Positions 1-14,697 are shown, numbered from the stretch's first letter. The stretch: 64,000 nucleotides of DNA from Antedon mediterranea (GCF_964355755.1 NC_092673.1:23061648-23125647); one strand, 5' to 3'. Numbers and translations are program-made. The notes: a model not told the origin generated them from the letters alone.

Positions 1-884
1 ATGGTTGACTGTAGTGTTAAAACATATATTTCCCCTTGTTCATTTATGGGAAAATGTCCCCTTCAAAGAAGAGGTTCTATTTTACCCTTTAGTGTGGTCG
101 CCATACAACGCAATGACGTAGTCACAACACAAGTGGGTTGACTTGCTTGTGATTGCCCAAATCACTTGCAATGCATTTGAATGGGAACCAAGCTTTTGTT
201 TTTAATCGCATGGCAATACAGTTGAAACCTAACAGCTTAACTTAAAGTATGATTCAAAAATATTTTAAATGTTACTGAATACATGGCAGAATATTCAGAT
301 TGCTATTTTGATGTAGGTGGCAGTGAGATTTCCTTAACTGCATCAGCGGATGTTTTCTAACATTATTCATGTCCTTACCACAAGTCTCAAGACACAGATG
401 AATGTTGTCGTAATTATGGTTAACTCAAGGCGTTCAATCTTATAGCATACTTTAGATTATAGAAACAAAGCTGTAAAAATACATGTGTTATGCCACATAT
501 AATTTAATGTTTATAAACAAAATACACATAATAAACTTAATCACTTTAAAGATGTTTTGTCCCCCTGAAAAAATAATTCTTAACAGCATTTTTGTTGAAT
601 GAATATACCATTTTAATGTAAAATTGTAATATAATAGTATATCCACTTTGACCGAAAATTGGATTGAAAAAGGGTGTATTTTATCTTTTTATAAGTTAAA
701 ACATTTTTTTGTAATTTTTTTTCTACGGAACTGATTAACTTTATTAAAACTACAAAATAACATATTCAAATCTGATTTACTTAATCTTCATTTTTTCATG
801 TTTTTGGGGGACAATACATCTTGAATAAAAAGGAAATTATAAAGGGAATTTCAAGCACTACTGGGTTTATAGAATGACCTAAAT

Positions 885-1025
885 TCCATCACCATCAAAG
901 TAAGCGAGTAAGTGCCCGAGCCATAACATCGGCAAGGGTTCGTTCGAGACTCGGTCCTGGTGGTAGAACGAGTCTTCTTGGATAAGGACTATAAACCGTA
1001 GGTCACATCTAGCTCATGTGCACTT
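885..1025 (+). mobile_element. Degenerate tRNA-derived SINE fragment with a Deu/Nin-domain-like core
   Basis: A B-box-like GGTTCG is followed by TCTTGGATAAGGACTATAAACCGTAGGTC...GTGCAC, which resembles the conserved central domain of deuterostome/cnidarian SINEs (recalled, not searched). Confidence 0.4.
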
Positions 1026-2076
1026 TAAATTAAAAAAACATAACACCATGACATTCCCATATTTTTATTTTATAGCACCAACACATTAGTTAATGTAATG
1101 TGTTCGGGTCATTGAAAACCTAGTTCAGTCATTCATTTGAGGTGTATTTAAAAAAATCACAGTCACAATATTTTCATCAGATAGAATTAGATTATAAAAG
1201 CAAAAATTTACATTATATAATACAATACATTAATTAAAACCGGTGTCTACTAAAGAGTCTCTTCAAAGCAAACTAATATAAACGGTATAATCACAAAAAC
1301 AATGCAATGAAATACTTTATATTAATGGTTGCATCATTATTCAGCAATTCTATATTTCAAAAGTATTATAATGTGTGTGATGTTTTAAGGTGGTCTTTGA
1401 TGTAGTTGATTTATGATCTATGGATGTATATTCAATGCCGATTGTCTAGGGATTTGAGACACACTTTCTATGAACCCTCAAGAAATATACTGTAATATCA
1501 GACATGATTCAACCACGAATTAACATATAACTTTCAAAGAAATTATTATTAATAAAAAAAAAATAAATAAAGTTCACGAAAGTATAATGTGCCTAGATTG
1601 AAACTTAAGTTCAAGCATGGATAAATTATCAATTCTTCCATGGTTCAAGGGTACTATAGCTATTAGATAAGATATCTTGCATCACAAGAACATATGGTAC
1701 CTACGGCAAGTAGTCGCAGCTACGTTTGCATTAAGTTTATCAACTGAACTTCCTGAGTCAAATTTATCCACTTGTACTTTAGAAGTTATGAGTGCAGTAC
1801 CCTCTTCTACATTGGGCTCGATTCTAACCCTAGCTATCCAAGAACAACAAAAGTTTTTTTGATGTACTGATATGATTAAGAAACACCTGACAAAACATTT
1901 TACAGTTACTGACATGTTTAATGTTATTTCTAAACTTTCTTTTGCACCAGTCTGCAATTCGATTTTTGTCTGTAAAATCCCTATTTGCAGCTCAAATGAA
2001 GATACTGGGATTGGTTGCAGGTGAACCATATATAAACACCAGGGCCTTTGCTTTAACAAAAATTTCCTTCCTTTAA

Positions 2077-3673
2077 AGGGGGATTCTGGGTTTAAAATTG
2101 CTTTTAAATATCATTTATTTATTAAATAAAAAATATTATAACAATATAGACATTTCAGAATGAAGAAGTAATAACGAGAAATTAAAAAAATTAAATTTCA
2201 TATACATTTTAGGGTAAATTCATGGAAAGTCTGTTTTTTAGCAGCTTAGGGAAGCTCATTAATATTCATGAGATATTCACAAAATCACGTCACCAGTGGA
2301 TTCCAAACTCGCGACGTCATGTACGTTGTGTTTGTCAACTAATTTACATCTCTCTCCCCTGTCAAACGACGACCACCATTGTGATCATTGTGAAATACAT
2401 TTTTTGTAGATTTTCTAAGCTAGGCCTAAAGTGTAATAATAACAGTAGTAGCATATATTTATTTGACATTTAATGAAATACAAAATTTAGTACAGATACG
2501 GAGTCATAAATTATACTAGGCCTATTTTTATACCTCTATAGTACAGATCGTATTATCGGCTTCACGTACAATACTCCTCTAGGCCTAGCCTAATAATAAT
2601 ATGGGCGAGAGCCATTCTGACTAGGGATTCCATGCCACGATGGCTACGTTAAAACAATGGGGCCCATGGGCCTAGCTAGCCTACTACTAGATGATTGGCC
2701 CATAAATAACAAAACCCATCCTATCAACCAAACTCCTAAACAATCTAAACCTAAAACATTCTACAAAATCGGCTGTAAATATTGAAGCAAAACCGGGAGC
2801 AAAACAAGGTCCGATCGCCGTCCACACGTATGGTGTCCCGATCGTCTAAGTAGGCCTAAAATAAATAGGTTTAGTTTACTCTCCAAAAAAGCGGATACTC
2901 ATGCATCAAGCAAGTAGACCAGGTAGTAGGAAGGAGACCTAGCCGATCCGGCCCAGTTAAAAATTGAGCTAGCTAGTGTAGTAGACCCTATGCGAATTGA
3001 TACTACCAGGCCTTTTACTATAGGCTGCACTACACAAATATTCCAACTCTCTCATTCGAGCTATATTATCTATACCATTCCCGTAGGTCGAGTCGACCTT
3101 CAATCAAATACTGTACATCGTTCATGTTGTGATTATAGACGGGGTATACTCGACCCGACCAGTTTGGTATTGTTGTATCTGCTTATCACGTGACGATGCC
3201 AGGCATGGGCAGCAGAGAGAGCACGTGTATCGTCGTCTCGCTTGATCCTCAGCAGGAATGTACAGTATACGTTATGCTTCATTGATTTTGATTTTTCCCT
3301 AAGTCGGTGCGAAAATCGGCAAACGTAAAGTGCAAACATATCTAATTTTTCACTGTTTTGATGAATTTTCATAAAAAATTGACTTTATAAATGGGAAGAC
3401 CGACTAAAATCAGATCATCAGATAAGTATAATTTTACAAAAGTAATTGATATGGTTTATGATAACGAGTCGTCGGAAGATGGACCATTTCACGAATTTCC
3501 TATTTTGTAACCACAGTGTGATTTTGCCATAGCTGCACTTGTAATCTGGCCTGATTTCACAGCCTTCGTTCTGCTTCACTGGGCGCTTATATAAATTGAA
3601 ACTTTTACCGTTCAAGAGACAAACAAATATATTTTACATTTTTTACTATTCATTTTAAACCCGGAACCCCCCT
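2077..3673. mobile_element. Non-autonomous Kolobok-like DNA transposon (~1.6 kb)
   Basis: TTAA on both sides (2073-2076, 3674-3677). Imperfect TIRs AGGGGGATTCTGGGTTTAAAAT / ATTTTAAACCCGGAACCCCCCT. A TTAA TSD with AG..CT termini is typical of Kolobok. Confidence 0.75.
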
Positions 3674-5211
3674 TTAATATCAACCACCATCATCAACATA
3701 TTATACTATGAAATGCCATTTGTAAAAAAATATTTATCTTTTTAGCAATATTAAGTGAATCGTCATTTAGAGCCTATGTTAAAACATATGGGGGGAATGT
3801 TTTGAGATTACTTTTGACCTTTGCCCTAAAGAATTTATGTTATTATCGTCAAAGATGTCTGCCATTTAATCATGTTCCATTTATTCCTCAGGATGTTTAC
3901 TCTAAAACTATGCTTCCCATTTCCGTATTTGGGCAAGGATGTTTTCATTCAGAATCATCAAATGTACAAGCTTACTTAAAATTAAAGACCCATTTCCTAC
4001 AATTGTTGATGTTTTGTAAAAATAATGTATATATATTACTTTTAAAACATTAAGCCAGGTCATTCCTTGTCTTAAAAGTATGTTTAAATTTATGGTAAAT
4101 TATGATAAAAATAGAGAAATAATGCAGTGAATGTTCTCTTGTGGACGTTCTTTTAGGCCTAGCCTAGCTAGACTTAGTTTTGTTGGCCCAGCTGGTGGAT
4201 CAAAAAGTGGGTGAATTACTGAAGAAAAAACAAAAACATCAATCCGCGCAATGCATATTGTGATTTATAGCCGGCCATGTACATTATTATATCGACTTAT
4301 TTTCAAAATTGTAACCATTTAAAGACAAAAGAAGTTTATCGTAATAGGACCATGTTTTATTTATTTTTACATTAAATGTAGTTTGTGACTTTAAATTAGA
4401 TCTAAAAAACGTAAAGACTTCAATGATTATATTTTGCTATTAGACACCTAGTATAAAAGTTCCAAACTGAATTGAAGATTTGTTTTTTTCAACTAAGCAA
4501 GAAAGTGGTCCAGATATATTTTATTCGCTTGTCGTCTCTATCTAGTCATTTTGATGCAAGATTTTTGATTGGTTGTTATCAAGTTATGATTGTCCGTTTA
4601 TGAATCGGATGAATTGATTTTTATCTAGAGGATTTATTATTCTGAGATAATATTGTCAAGGGAGGCCATTAATCTTGCTCTGATCTATAACACATTATCG
4701 TCACTTCCCTTGAATGTACTACATTATGTGTCCATATATTGTTCATTGAGAACTTGGCTCATGGTTGGTGTCCTATGACTTGTTTCTGCTGTGTATCCTT
4801 TAAATACTGTATTAAAATACTGTAAACTATATTGTAAATACAGTGTACATTTCTTCTGTTCCTGTTAAAATGTCATCATTATTACACAAAGAAAAAAAAG
4901 TTTCTGGTTGGATGCTTTGATTTACCGATGTCTACAATATAGTGTTCTTTACAATACAAACATCCCATCCTTTAATAAAAGAAAAACGTTGATTTATTTA
5001 ATTAAATAAAAATAAAAATTCCCATCATTTCCTTCTGGTTCATATGAACGATTTTGTATGTGTATGTACAAGATTTAGGCAAATTAACAAGAGTATATTG
5101 CAGGCTGGCGGAAAAAAAGGTATGGAAAATATGGTGCCTATTGCCAAATATATGGTACTATATTTTTTTAGATAAATAATAAATTAAGTTCATAACATAT
5201 GTTTTTGTATA

Positions 5212-5627
5212 CCATAATTCTTCTAATTAGTAACCCCCCTTCTAATAGTAACCCACCTTAGTCAATCTATAATAATAACCCACTATGGATTAGAGTCACA
5301 AAAACTTATGATGCAGTCGTATTTTGAAAATAAGGAGATAATGTGTGTTGATCTCGGGAGTGGGGGAAGATTGATTGTTTTTGAGTTTATAAAATGAAGT
5401 TATAGTTCAACCAAATTTGTTTATTCGTACTGTTTTATTATTTTGCTATGAGTTGCTGACCGGAAAAGTTGGGGATGGGTTACTATTTTCAGGTGCCTAA
5501 TTTAAGATTAGTAACCCAAAACTCTAATAGTAACCCACCTTCTAATAGTAACCCACCTTCTAATAGTAACCCACCTTAAAACGCAATCAAAGAATAATAA
5601 CCCAGGGTTACAATTAGAAGATCACTG
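5212..5627. mobile_element. pogo/Tc1-mariner-like MITE
   Basis: TA-flanked, with imperfect TIRs CCATAATTCTTCTAATTAGTAACCC / GGGTTACAATTAGAAGATCACTG and internal TTCTAATAGTAACCCACC repeats. A shorter relative lies at ~23680-23803. Confidence 0.6.
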
Positions 5628-5746
5628 TAGCCAAATCATTCATTAAAAGCAGACAAGAACAAATATCTTAGTATAAAAAATTAAATTAAAATGATGTAGG
5701 CCTATTCTGATATGCTATGAATATTTGATTTTATATTTATTTACAG

Positions 5747-8700
5747 AATGGTTTCACAGAGGTTGCCAAAGGATGTGAATTGAGAAATAACAATTTACTG
5801 AAAAGTACATTAGACTCAAAGGTAAGTCATAGAATTAGATTATTTTCCATGGAAAACCACTCAATATCCTGGATCTGTCTCTGTGTAATAAATATCTGAC
5901 AATGTTAATTTTTGATTGAATGTATAGATTCATGATCTAACAGAACAGATGAAAGCCAATACTGATGCTACCAAAGCTCCTCTACCAATGAATGAAACCG
6001 CTCTTGATCACATGTAGGTTGTTACATTTGATATCATAATTGTTTGTAACTACTGGAAGTAGCTTTGCGTCAGGGTGCTGAATAATTGGTCAGATGTTTT
6101 GCCCTACTCTGACGTAATTTGTACTTTATACTTGAGAATATTTGCAAAAAAATTTCTTTTGAAAACATTCCTGCAACTTTTTTGTAGGACAAATTGATAT
6201 CTGGCAGTTGATTTGGTAGTTTACAAAACAAAAGGGTATGAGGATGATTAATAAGTTACCTTGACAATTCATATCTGCTGCAAAGTGCTAGTTGCTAAAA
6301 AAAAGACAACATTACTGTAAAGCTCTGTCTACAAATTTTATGTGACAAAAAATGTGTGGTGCCCATATATGGAAAAGATGATGTTATATCACTACCATAT
6401 TTGGGAATATCGAAATCATATTTGGGCGCATCAAACTTTTTTTGTCAAAATTGTTTGATATGTGTAGACAGAGCTTAAGACACATACCGTAAGCTTCCTT
6501 TGGACTCCATTCTGTGACCGTACATTCACATTTTATAAATAAAATCATTGAGAAACCTTTATATAATTATTTGCAGTATCTATATTTAGTTTCCATTATT
6601 TATTCGCAATAATTTTGCATTTTTGTATGTGTTTTTTGGCAGACTTTACTCTGAAACTGCCAAGGTTTTGGATCGATTCAGTCAAGATTTGGTAGGAATG
6701 TTTAGATACAAGAATTAATAACAAAACTTAAGCTCTGTCTACACTGTCAAACCAAAAAAAAGTGTGATGTACCCAAATATGGTAGTGATATGCTCAAATA
6801 TAGTAGTGAAATGCCCAAATGTGGTAGTGATATGACATTATCATGATCATATATGGATAGTTTATATATCGCATTTTTGTCACATAAAGTTTGATAGTGT
6901 AGACAGAGATTTAACATTTTTACATCAGGCATTGTTCTTAAATTTATACCACATATTGAGCTAATAAGAGTTGTATTGAATTTTTGTGTTTTAATTGTAA
7001 TATACTTATTCTAATCTATCAATAGTTAAAACATCATGTATTCATTTTATGTGTTTTTAGCTAAGACTTATTATTATTACCAAATCATGTGTTTGAATCA
7101 TTCAACATTCTGTTAATGCAATCATTTTAAACACTTATTAGGTTCGTTTTCTGTTATTTTAATTTATTACTTAAAGCGATAACATTCAATTAGGCTGTTC
7201 TAATGTATTTTTTGTCTTACTGACTGTTCAGATCATAGTAAATTAATTATGTTCAGAATATTATATGAAGCATTGTAATACTGCGTATAAATAGACCTGT
7301 CAATGCACAGTGTTTTATTGCCACAACAATATTTGCGAAAGAAACAATATTATCATCTCCACATTACCAGAACATGCTATACCACTATCACCACCACTTC
7401 TCTAATGTCACAATGATGTTTCACTATCCAGCACCAGGTTACCAACACACAAACACTTCACCAACACACCACCACGTCACCAACCCACTACCAGTGCCAC
7501 CACTTCACCAGATGACAATTCAATACCAACCCACCACATCTTCACCAGATGACAATGAACCAACCCACCACATCTTCACCAGATGACAATGCACTAACCC
7601 ACCACATCTTCACCAGATAACAATGAACGTACCAACCCACCACATCTTCACCAGATGACAATGCACTAACCCACCATATCTTCACCAGATGACAATGCAC
7701 CAACCCACCACATCTTCACCAGATGACAATGAACCAACCCACCACATCTTCACCAGATGACAATGCACTAACCCACCACATCTTCACCAGATAACAATGA
7801 ACGTACCAACCCACCACATCTTCACCAGATGACAATGAACCAACCCACCACATCTTCACCAGATAACAATGCACCAACCCACCACATCTTCACCAGATAA
7901 CAATGCACCAACCCACCACAACTTCACCAGATGACAATGAACCAACCTGCCACATATTCACCAGATGTCAATGCACCAACCCACCACATCTTCACCAGAT
8001 GTCAATGCACCAACCCACCACATCTTCACCAGATGACAATGCACTAACCCACCACATCTTCACCAGATAACAATGAACGTACCAACCCACCACATCTTCA
8101 CCAGATGACAATGACCCAACCCACCACATCTTCACCAGATGTCAATGCACCAACCCACCACATCTTCACCAGATGACAATGCACCAACCCACCACATCTT
8201 CACCAGATGACAAAGCACTAACCCACCACATCTTCACCAGATGACAATGAACCAACCCACCACATCTTCACCAGATAACAATGCACCAACCCACCACATC
8301 TTCACCAACGCCACTACCAGTGCCACCACTTCACCGGATGACAATCAACCAACCCACCACATCTTCACCAGATAACAATGCACCAACCCACCACAACTTC
8401 ACCAGATAACAATGCACCAACCCACCACATCTTCACCAGATAACAATGCACTACCAACCACAATTTTTCTAGTGTCACATCCCACACCATGAAACACAAG
8501 CAGCTATTGATATTGTGTTTGTCATTTACAGGATGAATTCAAAGACCTGCCTGCCTTTCAGGAAGGTATACTCCTTCTAACAAAATCTTTACACTACGTT
8601 TGTGGTGAACGACGACATGAAAACATGGCAGCTTATCAACATGAGGTAACTATATTTTCCAATTTAAGGCCCCTCCCCTGAGTAGCCCATGAAATATTCC

Positions 8701-11700
8701 CTCAATGCACATCTTCGTCTCTTAGATGATTTGTCAAATTAATTTCTTATGTTGCGGTTACATCCCTGTGTTGTCTTCTAGTGGGAACCAAGCTTTAGAA
8801 AGTAGGCAAGATCAAACATGTATGACAATAATGTATTGGGGAAAAGGTCTATTTTTTAAGAATATGCTGAGAGAATAATAAGGTTTGGTTAATGCTGTTT
8901 TCCTGCTATTACCACATATCTTTCCTGTTTTCTTTATTAAAGGAATTAAGTATGATAAGTGCATTAAGAATTTTGTTATGTCCAACTTGGGCAAAGAATT
9001 TTTCTTTTTAACTCATAAACTCATCTCTGTTCTTGTGGTCTCATTTTCAATTGTTTCTTCTGTGTAAGGTTGGTGTGCCACTTGATATAGCAAAAAGGAT
9101 CGCATTGCTGTCAGCAGATCGATACGACACAGTGTTTAGCATAACTCTATACGTAAGTTTGTTATAAGCTCAACGCAAAATCAAAGATATACTGTTTTGT
9201 ATATCCTAAATTAAGATTTTTTCACACTATATACACAAATAGTTTAGATTACTTTCATCGCATTGTATTGGTACATAGGGCTCCCTCTTGTTTCTGTAAC
9301 AGCGTTATTCAACTGGGTTTAGGGTCTGCTTTTTGTATATGAACTGAACAGATCCTTATTGGGAGAATTTTCAATTTAAATAAGCGACAATGGCCGTGGC
9401 CAGCCAAATATGTGTATGTTTCTGATAATACATGTATGGTACGACATGCTCAAACTAAGGATAAGTACAGTACAATATCTATAAACACCTTTTCCTCCTT
9501 ATTATTTATTGTGTCTGCAAAATTGTATCTGGTTTTTTTTTCCTGTTTTTGTAATATTTGCCAATAAAAAATTAATATTCTGTATTGAATTACAGTAAAG
9601 CATATTCATACATTATTAAACTTGATTGTAAATTAAAATTGGCATATCATGCAAGGATCAAAGGGCGGACGTTTCACAGGGAAGTACATGGTTAATATTT
9701 TTTTCAAAAACACTTTTTTATTCTCGTGGGAGTTGTCACAATACTGCCGGATGTAAAACTCTGCAATTATGATTTTTCATTTATAGAAATTATTTTCAAT
9801 AAATAAAAAATTACTTATAATAATGTAGTATAAGTGAGTGAGTTTACCACATTTAAACCACAAATAGATATACGATAACGGATTAATCCATTAAATTTTG
9901 GAGGCAATCCTGACCAGAATCCCAATTCTAGACCACTTTTTATTATTTTACAATAGGTAGTACATGAAAACAACAGACAGATCTTTACCACATTTAAACC
10001 ACAGATAGTGATGTGGTTACGGACAGACTAATTCTTGATAAGTTTTGATCCGGACCAGGATCCCAATTCTGGACCACTTTTTATTATTTCAGACAGATTT
10101 TTATCACGATTCTTGGTCCCTTTTTTCTTTTTACTCCTGTCAGAGGTTGCAAATCTCTGACTATGATTCCTCATGTGATTATTGTTTTCTTGTTATGTTA
10201 TGATGTCTTATGAAAATGATATTAAATATATAATTCAATATATTATTATGCAATTACAATTATTTTGTTGTTTTCATTGTTATGTTATAATAGTTTCTGA
10301 AATCATATTTCTTTTTCCTTAAGGATTTAAGGACACCTAGACATTTCAACTGATAATGTAACAGCTGTGTTAATAGTTGTTAATTCCTGATGGATGTTTA
10401 AAATTATTAGTGCCATGCTTATAACCTAAATAATATTCATACAACCAAATTGTATTCCATAATGATTAAAAGTTAATATTGACAAATTTATATAAAAATA
10501 CTATATTTACTGTATGCATTGACAGTATCTGTTGTAGGAGTACTTTGAAATATTACCACTCATTAGGCGCTTCCTTTACATAGACTCATGCCTCCCTTTT
10601 TAGAAAGTTGAATTAACAGTTAAAAGGGCTTACAAGAAGGGAGAGGAGTCTGTATCTCTTCTCCACCTTCTCTTTCTCCCCCCCCCCCCCCCCCTTCATC
10701 ATGAATATAATAATTGTAGGCCTGTGGCAATAAAACCCTTTCACAGGGATGTAGTAGTTGAAATCTGACAGGATCAGATGATTTTAGAGTGGATGCTGAT
10801 ACATTAAAGTTAGTCATTTTAGAGTGGGTGCTGATACATTAAAGTTAGTCATTTTAGAGTGGGTGCTGATACATTAAAGTTAGTCATTTTAGAGTGGATG
10901 CTGATACATTAAAGTTAGTCATTTTAGAGTGGATGCTGATACATTAAAGTTAGTCATTTTAGAGTGGATGCTGATACATTAAAGTTAGTCATTTTAGAGT
11001 GGATGCTGATACATTAAAGTTAGTCATTTTAGAGTGGGTGCTGATACATTAAAGTTAGTCTTAGCAGAAACAGTAAAATATTACATCCTTTATTTTTATT
11101 TTATTTTTTGTTCATTTTTCATTTTTTTGACAAGCAATTTTTTTTTAGATTAAAGAAATATGTTTGCTGAATCTAAACGAAGGTAAAGCTGCGAATTGGC
11201 CAGTTTATCTAAAAATCAGCATAATTGAAAGGTATATGGCAAATGATGCAGATATCCAAAAGCTAATCTACGACAGGCAAGGTATTTACTCTGCGATTAT
11301 TGGTTTTATACAATGGCTGCGATGGAACATGGATTATTTCAAGTCTTTTGTGATTTCATGGTAAGTATACAAATTGATATAATTATAGAAAAAAAATTAA
11401 TGAAAACAGGCCACCGCAAACGTTTACAAGAAATCAAAATAAATACTGTATATAAAAAAAATTTGTTAACTATAGAGTTTTTACTCACATACGGACGAAT
11501 TCCTGCTTTACAGTAAGTGTAAAATTATTTATTTGGTTTATATAATGTTTTATTAATTTGTTTGTAGTTTAAAGGTATGTTCAGGTTCATGGTTATGCTT
11601 TCGTATCGCAAGCAATGTCATATTTTAATTAGCGTAGCAGCAAAGTGTTCAGACTATCTTAACTAACGCTTTGGTTAGAAGTGTCACCGATTTGGGTGAA

Positions 11701-12610
11701 TCTGGTATGCAGCAGTAAATTTGATTGGTTGGAGGTCAAAATCATTGATACATGGCTTTCATATTGTAAGCGTTGTTCACTAATCTTATACCTTCGTAAC
11801 CAACGAAAGATCAGTGTCATAAGAGGTGGCTTACACTAATCTTTTCCTGGTTCAGACATGACTTTTTACGCTGCGTATAATACGAAGCATAAGTCTGTAG
11901 GTCTGAACAGGCCCTAAGCTTAAATTTCACTGCACCACTAGTAAGTGTGATGGTCAATAAGTTTATTATATTCACTGGGAATTTCCCGCCGCTACAAGAA
12001 AGGGATGTAGCGAGGAAGCACGTTCCAACTTTCCCGCCATGCACACAATGAATTAACATGACATAACTAGGACGTCCTTTAGGATTTCCTCAGTTACACA
12101 TGGGACTGATGTAAATGGAATGCTGTACTGTATTCTCTTCTCTGATCTTTTGTCAAGGCATATTCCATACAACAATAATTGCAATGTTTTAAAATGGCAC
12201 ATTCTTAAAATTTATTTTTGGAGAACAATGCCTTAGAACTTCTGTGAAAAAAATCTACAAACTACGCATACGTAATATAGATCACTATCAGTTGATGCCC
12301 TACTTTTAAGCTCTGTCTACACTATCAAACTAGTTTGACAAAAAAAAGTGTGATTTGCCCAAATTTGGTAGTGATATGTCCAAATATGGTAGTGATATGA
12401 CATCATCATGTCCATATGTGGGCATATATATATATATATTCTGTTCATATAGTTGCACATATACAACATTACATTGTGTTTTGTTATGTTTCACAGAAAC
12501 TTAATGACACTTATAAATGTTGTATGAAATCCTGTGAGGTTTATTACCCATGTTTAATATACATCTTGTATTTCATTTATGTATTTATTATTAAAACAAT
12601 GTTTTGCAGA
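5747..12610 (+). CDS. 3' part of a multi-exon gene; helical protein resembling the atlastin/GBP/RNF112 middle domain (5' end not identified)
   Basis: Phase-consistent AG/GT exons 5747-5821, 5928-6013, 6643-6691, 8532-8645, 9069-9152 and 11149-11360, plus 12610 (stop TG|A), give 206 open codons: NGFTEVAKGCELRNNNLLKSTLDSKIHDLTEQMKANTDATKAPLPMNETALDHILYSETAKVLDRFSQDLDEFKDLPAFQEGILLLTKSLHYVCGERRHEN...IIGFIQWLRWNMDYFKSFVIS*. The gene structure is well supported; the family call is tentative. Confidence 0.65.
6321..6475. mobile_element. PIF/Harbinger-like MITE family A
   Basis: TIR AGCTCTGTCTACA / TGTAGACAGAGCT with a 3-bp TAA TSD. Confidence 0.75.
6731..6910. mobile_element. PIF/Harbinger-like MITE family A
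   Basis: TIR AGCTCTGTCTACAC, TTA TSD, internal CCCAAATATGGTAGTGATATG repeats. Confidence 0.75.
7500..8455. repeat. Intronic minisatellite, 34-bp unit (some 38-bp variants), roughly 28 copies
   Basis: Unit CAACCCACCACATCTTCACCAGATGACAATGCAC. Its length is not a multiple of 3, and it lies between exons ending at 6691 and starting at 8532. Confidence 0.95.
10781..11060. repeat. Minisatellite, 35 bp x 8
   Basis: ATTTTAGAGTGGATGCTGATACATTAAAGTTAGTC repeated 8 times almost perfectly. Confidence 0.95.
12309..12424. mobile_element. MITE family A, partial copy
   Basis: TTA|AGCTCTGTCTACACTATCAAACTAGTTTG start; the right end is lost. Confidence 0.65.
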
Positions 12611-14580
12611 TGTAATATGAGGCCACTCAAAATAGGTGAAGGTCAGGCCACTCAAACGGCGGCTTTGATGACATAACACAACGTGTCACCAAAAAAGAGC
12701 GTTTACAATAATGCATATTCATCAGGGGAAGCAATTTCAACCAATGCAAAGTAGCATTGGTTTTATAAACACCAAATTATATATTAAGATTATGAATATT
12801 CATGTGAATGATAAATCTCATGAATATATAATTAGCAAGAAAGGATAATATTGAATAAAGATGTTATACCATACGGATCTATAGGCTACAATGTACATGA
12901 TGATTACACTAAAATAATCAGAGTCTATGTAAATTATGTTAATTTAAATATTCATGATTGGAACGTAAATTGTTCTGTTGAATGTTTATAAATGTAAATT
13001 AGTCTTTGAATGTTTATAGATAACAGTGAGTAGTATTAAGTATTTATCTTTTATTTGTCTAGTTTATTTTCTTATAATTTCAGAAGTATTAGAAAAATAT
13101 ATATAAAAATATGTTGTTTATCTATACTTTTTTGTAGTTTCTTTTTAAGGTGTTTATTTTTCAATAGGGACAAATGTTGTGTGGAAAACGAAAAATTTAT
13201 ATAAAAATATGTTGTTTATCTATACTTTTTTGTAGTTTCTTTTTAAAGTGTTTATTTTCAGTAGGTGTAAATTAACGTCATGTGGAAAACGTTACAGAGT
13301 TTTAAAAATGCAGGTTCCTTTTTTACAACATTGATGGTTGTGGAAATAATCATAAATATTTGAATGCAAGTTTTCCCAGACACTTATGATGGGTGGAGAC
13401 ACGTGACGTGTGTTGGGAAAAGTTTGAAAACAAATAATTTACAAATCAGAGGATACACATTTTGACAGTTATCTTATATCCTGTCGTCCGATTGGTTAGA
13501 AGTCTAAAAGATGCATACAGTCGGGCGTCGCATACAAGCCGTTTCGTCGACGTCTTTTAAAAATGTAATTGCGTATAGGTACATTGTAAAAATAATCTCA
13601 ACAACTTGTTTAACCTACAGGGAAATCGATGATGTTGTAAAAATGTGATATCACACAGGGAAGTTACATATTAGCCAAGTGGGACGTTGGCCTGGGGTAG
13701 TGGTATCAAGGGAAGTTACGTATTAGCCTAGGGGGGTACTTCGTCCCGATGTAACAAGCGAGATCACGCTTGGAGAAAAATATACAATACCAAAATGTCA
13801 TCACATGTAGCCATATAGCAGGTGGTTTATAATATATGTCTCAGCTTGAGTATTTAATCAAGGTTTACGTCAAATATTTTGACTAGAAAAGTGTTATGGC
13901 CTAAATGTGATTTATGTTTAACGTTATATAATGTAATTTAATAGTTGTATGTTACTTTGAATTAATGTTGAATGACATTTCATGGCTTTGAAAATACATT
14001 ACATTAAACCTAATCCTACAGAGGACTAACATATTTTCAGTACGGAGTTTATTCTACTTGACGTCGGCCCCGCCTTCCTGTCGGAATGGAATAGTTCTGT
14101 GTAAAAATGATCGCGTACATTTACTATAACCACTCCTTTCAATACACACATAATCAGGGAGACACCTATAAAAAGAACGGACGAAAAAAGTGTAGGAAGG
14201 ACGCCCCTTCCTATTCTGTTTGGGATACTTTTCCACGAAGGAACGGCGGAATTATACCGTGTGGTTTTACAATTGTAAGGGACAACCCTGAGGCTTTGTT
14301 GGGATTAAAGGCGTCTCTTAATTCGACTGTCATTTTCAGGGACACCTCTATATTGGGGACACTTTGTTGAGTCCCGAAATTACCCCCTCCCCCACCCCCT
14401 CCCTTAAAAAAGGGGTATTACTGGATTCCTAATTAGTATCGAAGTATCATTTGCGTATAGGCCTAGACCCACATTTTTTCCCAGACTCGAACATAAAACT
14501 GGCCTGTGCTAAACAGTTTTATGTTTTATCATTTCTCGCAGTGTTTCTTCTAAATATTGGCCGTTCAACAATGGTTCTAA

Positions 14581-14697
14581 AGCTTTGTCTACGTGACTAT
14601 AACACTTTATTTGACAAAAACATGTGCAATATGGACATGATGATGTCATCACCGCCATATATTGTTGTCAAACTAGTTTGATAATGTAGACAGAGTT
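14581..14697. mobile_element. MITE family A, degenerate copy
   Basis: AGCTTTGTCTAC ... GTAGACAGAGTT termini with the shared internal sequence. Confidence 0.6.

Noticed and set aside
1682-2059. 125-aa minus-strand ORF and the overlapping + ORF
   Set aside because: No recognisable motif, a non-ATG start and no convincing splice context.
5070-5119. Possible upstream exon (GKLTRVYCRLAEKK|gtatgg) of the + strand gene
   Set aside because: The donor and phase fit, but the acceptor is ambiguous and I could not link further exons, so it is left out of the model.
7374-8455. Mucin-like Thr/Pro/His coding repeat or CRISPR-like array
   Set aside because: The 34-bp unit shifts frame and introduces stops, there are no unique spacers, and it is intronic in a eukaryotic gene.
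11313-11516. ORF MAAMEHGLFQVFCDFM...
   Set aside because: An alternative frame of the 11149-11360 exon. Only the other frame is continuous with the upstream exons.
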